Below are positions 56,891-64,000 of a stretch of DNA of 64,000 nt, piece by piece (position 1 is the stretch's first letter; each line of letters opens with the position of its first letter). Source of the DNA: Octopus sinensis. Its lineage: Eukaryota. The stretch spans positions 54,374,001 through 54,438,000 of the forward strand of contig NC_043001.1 in the NCBI RefSeq assembly GCF_006345805.1, read 5' to 3'. A program made the translations under genes and the position numbers. The notes beneath the pieces were generated by a model. It made no database searches. It saw nothing but the letters and a program-made list of their open reading frames with translations, and was not told where the DNA came from.

Positions 56891-59489
56891 TTATTGCAAA
56901 GATTGCACCTGATGCAGTTAATGAGGCTTGAAGAAATACAGGAGGAGTTCCTAATGCAGAAAGTGTGTTGGTTGTGAGGGAGGTGGTGTTGATAATGAAA
57001 AGATAGATGTTGGCAACGGGATCTGAAGCAATAGAAGACTGCATGGCCCGCCTCGTGCGACCCCTTTACAAAATTCTAAATGATCGCAAAAGTGACTTCC
57101 TTTCCATTGCTAAATGTGTGTTAATCAACCACTACAATTTAATGTTAGTATATAAGCGCATTTTCAACGATACTTACCTCAAACTTAGAAAAGTGACAGG
57201 ATTAGATCAATGCAATAACAATACTGCAGTCGTTAAGGGATTCCAGGACTTTGAAAATAAAGCAGCCTAAACATTTCTCCATTTCGATATTATAGTTTTA
57301 TATATTTTTGTTGCACAATCCACTTCATGAAAGCCCTAACTGAGCCTCAAGGAAGCATTGGCATAGTGGTGAATGTCAGAAAGTCATTAGTAAAACATAA
57401 TAATTCTCTATTGATTCAAAAAGAATTGTGTCTCTCTTTTTGATATAGGCAAGATTCTACCACCCTCTGTTATCGGGGAGCTTAGGCACAAAATATTATC
57501 GACCTGCAATCAATTGGAATATAATCGAGAGAGCCACTTCATCTTCCACTAGGTTTCGTCACGGAAAAAACTTTGCGTATCTGAAAAGTTTCAGGCTCTA
57601 AAACAGCCTGCGATATCCCTCAATAGAAAATCCGAGACGTTGCCGCCACAAGCATGTATTCCTCTTGGAAAACTTTAACCTGGTTACACATCCCGAATCA
57701 AGTATCACATATTTCAAATTCCTGAATACGAACCGTGTTGAGCAGCATCTCTTGTAGATGAATAAACACCTCCTTTTACTGAAGCTTCGTATTTGTAACC
57801 AAAACTGACCATTAACAACCGATCTTACTAGCAATCATTAAGTGACTTTACTTGATACATGTTACTGAATTTCCATCTATGAAACACAACCGAAACATCA
57901 CAGATGTACATTCTGTGCATCTGGTTGTAACTCAAGCTTCGTTAGTGAATCTAAAGTTAAAAGAAACTATGCGCATGATTTACTTAGAAATAGCACACTA
58001 AATTCAATAATAGGTAGACATTAAGCATTAAGAATGTTTCCAGATATTCTAATCTGTTTATCTGGCAGTTGATTGAACTGACATGGTGTAATGTTAAGTA
58101 TCATCTCCAAAACGATTGGATTTACTTTACATAAGTTGATGGATCAACTAGATTATATAGTTTGCTGCTTTTGTAGGCAAATGGATAAATAGCAGTTACG
58201 AGTACTGATTTTTAACAATCTAGCTCAATGTCGGTGACAATTTTCTGTGCTCCAATGTCTATCCGTATATCTATGGAGACCATATTTATCTATGGAGACC
58301 ATATACTGCCGAAGACTGGGTCTTTGGATTCATTTGTACCAATTTTCGGACAGTGTCCGTTAATTTATATCTGGCTTTCCTTTATCTGGAGTCAAGGCTT
58401 GTGTCTGAATAGTAATAATAGTTACACGCACACACTATTACACGTTTTCATGTATTGTCAGAATAACACATACTTATCAGAGTACAGGTGAGCTGAGAGT
58501 GCGGTTGGCCTAAACGACAGCAGCTGATGCATGTAAAAGAGGTGACGTCGCTGATGTTGACATGTGATATGGATGGATGATGAATGTTATGTTATATCAA
58601 TGAAGTGTATTTGTAGTAGAAGAAGGAAACATAGTGAGGGTAGATCTTAGACTCCTACATCTCGCAGTCGAACTTATGAAAGGCCGAGATGACTTGCAAT
58701 CTACTAGAATAGAAGTGCAGTTGGTTAGCAAAAACGGCAGAGCGTCGAACAAAATGCTTGCGGTATTCATTTACCACTTTTTTTTTACCTCAATTCAAGT
58801 CAGGGTCGGCTTCTCTTTCAGCACTTTAGAATCGATAAGAAAAGTACCAGGCAAGTATAGGATTGACGTTCGAATTGGTAACTTAGTGCCTATACTAGAA
58901 ATCAATAATCTTGCATAGAAACACTGACATTAAAATGCCGGTAAAGATAATATGTAAGGAATGATACTGAGTGATAAATATTTGTCATTTCCATTAACGA
59001 TAATTTAGTCAATTGAATGCAGACTAGTTAACTATTTCTGTTTTAATTTATTTCCTTTCGTAGGTTACTTGTTAGATCCTGTGCATACGTCACTGTTGGT
59101 TTTTAGCCAACCCAGTCAATGAAAGGAGTAACTTTCAAATATTCTATTTTTAAGTGGTTTTCAAAATCACTAAAATTTACAAATTCTTACAGCATTGCAA
59201 TGGAAAAAATTGTCAATTTTCATTCGTGAATTAATAGTTGAAAATTATCTATCCTAACAGGTGCAAGCTCACTTGAACAATGCATTTTAAAATATTTTAG
59301 TATGTTTAAAAGAAAATAATTCTATAAAACATTTTACACTTTTTGAGTTGCATGAAACTGGATAAAGAAACTGCAATAAAGAAAATGTTCAAATTTCACG
59401 TGGAAAATATTTAGATATATTCTATTTATGATATAAAGTTGTAAACGTCGTTTATTTACATTTTTGTTACCAATATTACACCTATATCA

Positions 59490-59915
59490 TTAGCACGTCG
59501 AGCGAAATGCTTAGCGGCATTTCGTCCATCTTTACGTTCTGAGTTCAACTTCCGCCGGGGTCGATTCTACCTTTCATCCTTTCGGAGTCGATTAAAAAAG
59601 AACCAGTTGAGCATTGGGGTCGACATAATTAACCTTAACACTCCCCTGAAAATTGCTGGCTTTGTGCCAAAGTTTGGAACCAATATTAAACCTATATAAG
59701 GCGATGAGCTGGAAGGATTGTCTGCACGCTGAATAAAATGTTTCGTGGCATTTCGACCGTCTTTACGTTCTGGGTTCAAATTCCGTCGAAGTCAACTTTG
59801 TCTTTCATCCTTTCGGGGTTGATTAAGTAAGTACCAGTTGAGCACTGGGATCGATGTAATCGACTTACCTGTGCTCACCGAATTTACTGGCCTTGTGCTA
59901 AAATTTGAAACCAAT
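59490..59915 (+). mobile_element. Two tandem SINE family A copies
   Basis: Core repeated at ~59520-59680 and ~59700-59915. Confidence 0.85.
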
Positions 59916-60363
59916 ATCACACCTATTTACATACCGAGTCCAGGGTTCTTTTTAACATATTCCATAATCGTGTGTGACAGTGGAATCTCACTCGGTCAAC
60001 CGAGTCTACACATTCACGTCACTCAAACATTCCTAAGAAAAACAAAAATAACTGAATCAAGATTAAAGTATTTAACGTAGAAATTTTAATTTTGTTTTTC
60101 TTTTTAATTAAGTTTACATCCGTAGTGAAAAGAAAACAATTAATTCGGTCAAAACTGTGAGGGGGAACAACCCTTGCATTTAAATTTATTAAAAAAAAAA
60201 CCTAATTGACAATTGAATACAACGGGACAGAAATGCTTTAAATTCACGTATCTCCTCTGAAACTGTTATGTTTTCTTTTGTATGTACATCATCATCATCG
60301 AAGTCCATCATCATATCACCGTCAGCATCAACAGCCTTAAATATTGTGTGTGTGTGTGTGTGC

Positions 60364-60436
<73 letters not shown>

Positions 60437-60715
60437 TTGAACTCTAATATGTTTAATTTCCTAGAAATTAACCCGTTTATGGATGACGTCAGCAAACAAA
60501 CGCTTCCCCTAGGTTTGGTTATCGAGTGTTGGATGATTATTCTGACGTGGAGACATCGAGGCAACCTCGTATTTGTTTATAAGACGACTGCTTGAGATTC
60601 CGAAATTTTTGACTAACACCAGTATAATTGTATAATACGGAACGCTGTGTGTGACTTTTACCTGAGAATGTACCTTAATGTAAAAATATAAAACAAAGTT
60701 ATGTAGGCCGAAAGG

Positions 60716-60790
60716 CCGACTTACGACCAAATCGACTTACGACCTGTCAGTGAAACTAATGGTAGTCGTAAGTCGACGACGACCGGTGTA
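60716..60790. mobile_element. pogo/Tigger-like MITE end relic
   Basis: cgacttacgacc twice, then inverted gtcgtaagtcg, ending at TA repeats. Confidence 0.5.
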
Positions 60791-60949
60791 TATATATATA
60801 TTTGTGTGTGTGTGTGTGTGCGGAATGGAACTTGGTATGGATAAAAAGAATTTCCAAGAAATCAAATGAAAGACAATACAAATAAAAGCAACATTGAAGA
60901 AAGACTAAAACTGGGAGAAAAACTAGGTGATGATGGTAGTAGTAGTAGT

Positions 60950-61001
<52 letters not shown>

Positions 61002-61138
61002 AAGCAGCAGTATGTCGGACTGTGCAACAGGCGTCTAGAGGTTTAGGAAATGGAACGGCGGTGGGAACGCAGACGTCCCATACCAGAAATAACTTCACAT
61101 GTTAATGTCTGTTTGTGTCTGTCTGTTAAATGTGTGCG

Positions 61139-61197
<59 letters not shown>

Positions 61198-61614
61198 AAA
61201 GAAAGAAAGGAAGGATAATGGGGAGATACTGACAAATAACAATATACTCCGACTATACCGACAGAAATATTCTAATAAGAATAATGGTGTTGATGATGTT
61301 GATTTGATGATGATGCTGATGTTGATGTGGAGTGGGTGATGAGACAAGATAGTGCCGCTTATGATGATGTTGATAACGACAATATAATGTTGCTGATGCT
61401 GCAGGTGACATTATTTTAATGATGATGATGTTGGCGGCGATAATGGTCGTGGTAGTAGTAGCGACGGTAGTGAAGGTGATAGTGGTGGGGTGATGATGAG
61501 GAGGATAATAGTGATGGTAGGGATGTTCATCACGTTGAACATAATGACGTGAAGGTTGCTCGCGCGTACTGTATACATATGATCAGTCAATCAATCAATC
61601 AATATATTAATTTC

Positions 61615-62207
61615 GAATTTTGGTACAAGGCAGCAAATTCACGGGGAGGGGGGTAGTCGATTGCATCGACTCCAGTACTCAACTGGTACCTATTTTATCG
61701 ACCCGGAAAGGATAAACAGCACAGTCGACCACGGTGGGATTTGAACTAAAGATGTAAAGATGGACGAGATGCCGCTAAGCATGTTGCCCGACGTGCAAAC
61801 GATTCTTATTTCTTTACACACAGAGAAGACAAACAAGTACAGACAAACGGATTAAGTCGATAATATCGACCCCAGTGCGTAACTGGTACTTATTTTTAAT
61901 CGACCCCGAAAGGATGAAAGGCAAAATCGACCTCGGTAGAATTTGAACTCAGAACGTAGCGGCAGACGAAATACCTATTTCTTTACTACCCACAAGTGGC
62001 TAAACGCAGAGAGGACAAACAAGGACAGACAAACGGATTAAGTTGATTATATCGACCCAGTGCGTAACAGGTACTTATTTAATCGACCCCGGAAGGATGA
62101 AAGGCAAAGTCGACCTCGGCGGAATTTGAACTCAGAACGTAGTGGCAGACGAAATACCGCTAAGCATTTCACCCGGCGTGCTAACGATTCTGCCAGCACT
62201 CCGCCTT
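61615..62207 (-). mobile_element. SINE family A, triple core array
   Basis: atcgaccc(c)g(g)aaaggat core occurs three times. Confidence 0.88.
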
Positions 62208-62398
62208 AAAAGATCAATGTATTATGAATCCTATATTGTCGGTCTAATCACACAGTTAACTGTATGCGCATCGATACTTTTTGCAAAAGTATCCTTACGT
62301 TTTAACGCCAGTAACACTAAATGCATTTTTATTAAATTTACGCATGTAAACTTATTTGCAATATATACGTGTACACATACATACATACGTGCATGGAA

Positions 62399-62471
<73 letters not shown>

Positions 62472-62609
62472 ATATATATGTATATATATATATATGGAGA
62501 GAGAGAGAGATAGCGATAGAGAGAGAGAGGGCCAGACAGATAGGTACAGCGAGGGGAGATATACAATAACATACCTGTTTTTTCTGTAGATTACCCTCAC
62601 ACACGACGC

Positions 62610-62804
62610 TCTTTTACTCTTTTACTTGTTTCAGTCATTTGACTGGCCATGTTGGAGCACCGCCTTTAGTTGAGCAAATCGACACCAGGACTTATTCTTT
62701 GTAAGCCCTGTACTTATTCTATCGGTCTCTTTTTGCCGAACCTTTAAGTTACGGGGACGTAAACACACCAGCATCGGTTGTCAAGCGATGTTGGGAGGGG
62801 TCAA

Positions 62805-62854
<50 letters not shown>

Positions 62855-63040
62855 ATATATATATACATATATACAACGGGTTTCTTTCAGTTTTTGTCTA
62901 CCAAATCCACTCACAAGGCTTTGGTCGGCCCGAGACTATAGTAGAAGACACTTGCCCAAGGTGCCACGCAGTGGGACTGAACCCAGAACCATGTGGTTGG
63001 TAAGCAAGCTACTTACCACATAACCACTCCTACGCCTATG
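62610..63040 (-). mobile_element. SINE family B, full length
   Basis: Head with B-box-like ggttcagtccc on minus, internal (CA)n, tail with (CTTTTA) repeats. Confidence 0.9.
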
Positions 63041-63854
63041 TTTACAAAATAACATGTCTATTCATCTGTAATGTATTTTGGTAGATTCAAACATGACAGC
63101 TGTTGTTTTTCGTCATCGGAGAATATCTCCAGCTATTTGGTGATTTGTGTTCATAGCACTCAGGATTCACCGGTGTCGGGTGACTTTCAGACACTGTTGT
63201 GTTTCGATCTTACTGTATCTTCATAGTCGAAGCTACCCCGGACTGATAAAACTAATAAGGGTATATGAATTTGTTTACAGAAATCAGCAAATAATTTGCT
63301 GATGCATATTGATGAGTGCGTGTGTGTGTGTGTATGCGTGCGTGTCTGTGTGTGTATGTGTGTGTATATGCGTGCGTGTCTGTGTGTGTATGTTGGGTGC
63401 GTGTGCGTATGTATTTGTGTGTGTGTGCATGCGTGCGTTTGTTTGCGTGTGTGTGTTGTGTGTATGCACGCGCGCATATCTGTGTGTCTAAATTTTTACA
63501 AGGGATAGATTCAAAGTGATGTCGAAGTTCCGAGTTGTTCGCTGTCATGAAAGGGCTTCGTTTTTTTCTTTCTGATTCTTTATACAAAGAATTTTAATAC
63601 GTCAGAGGAAAAACTTCAATCAACATAAACTGTCACCTGAATATGACATACGTGTTTACTTGTTTACGTTTACGCTTGACCAAGCCCTAAACAATTAAAA
63701 GGGGCATATTTCAAACGAAAATAACTGCCTCCACCTCATTTTTCTCTCAATACACTCCCTACAAACACTTATCGTTCTCTATTCTTACCCTTTCCATCCG
63801 GCCATTTTTCCTGTCTACCTTCACCACACCTAATTCTCGTTCACATTAAAGGGT

Positions 63855-64000
63855 GAGGGTAAAGACCCCCTTCGATCATGAATGACCATGGGATTGCACC
63901 TAGAAAGTCCCCCTGCGAGGCACAAGTTCGGGAAGGTTGTTATTGGAAGACCAGCTGTCGCCCATGCATATCAGCCTCCTCTCTCCACGCCACTGATGTT
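63855..64000 (+). repeat. GC-richer interspersed repeat, possibly the 5' part of a retroelement; runs off the window
   Basis: Abrupt compositional change; family assignment from resemblance only. Confidence 0.35.

Noticed and set aside
57868-57913. GAAACATC-ACA-GATGTA hairpin
   Set aside because: The upstream catalytic box is missing
61615-62207. CRISPR-like repeat array
   Set aside because: The units are long SINE cores without unique spacers, in a eukaryotic context with no cas genes

Overview
AT-rich, microsatellite-dense eukaryotic DNA, most likely intergenic or intronic sequence from an octopus or related cephalopod. The organism call is an inference from the tRNA-derived SINE families and the (TA)n/(CA)n/(TAGA)n density. 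I find no convincing host protein-coding gene. Most ORFs in the track are translations of microsatellites. The real coding remnants all belong to transposable elements: a full-length decayed DD41D Tc1/mariner element, several mariner derivatives and MITEs, a CR1/L2-group LINE, two R4/Dong-like and one HERO-like RLE retrotransposon fragments, L1/Tx1 fragments, Helitron helicase fragments, and many Penelope-like element (PLE) remnants. The most notable signal is a set of about ten sequence-unrelated hammerhead ribozyme cores (CTGANGA...GAAAC-short loop-GTH) on both strands. Several lie in the arms of short fold-back cassettes next to (TA)n tracts, and one cassette has perfect 151-bp arms. Fold-back architecture also recurs in SINE- and mariner-derived sequence. 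A LINE and a SINE family share a 3' stem-loop with compensatory changes. All alignments and folds were done by eye.
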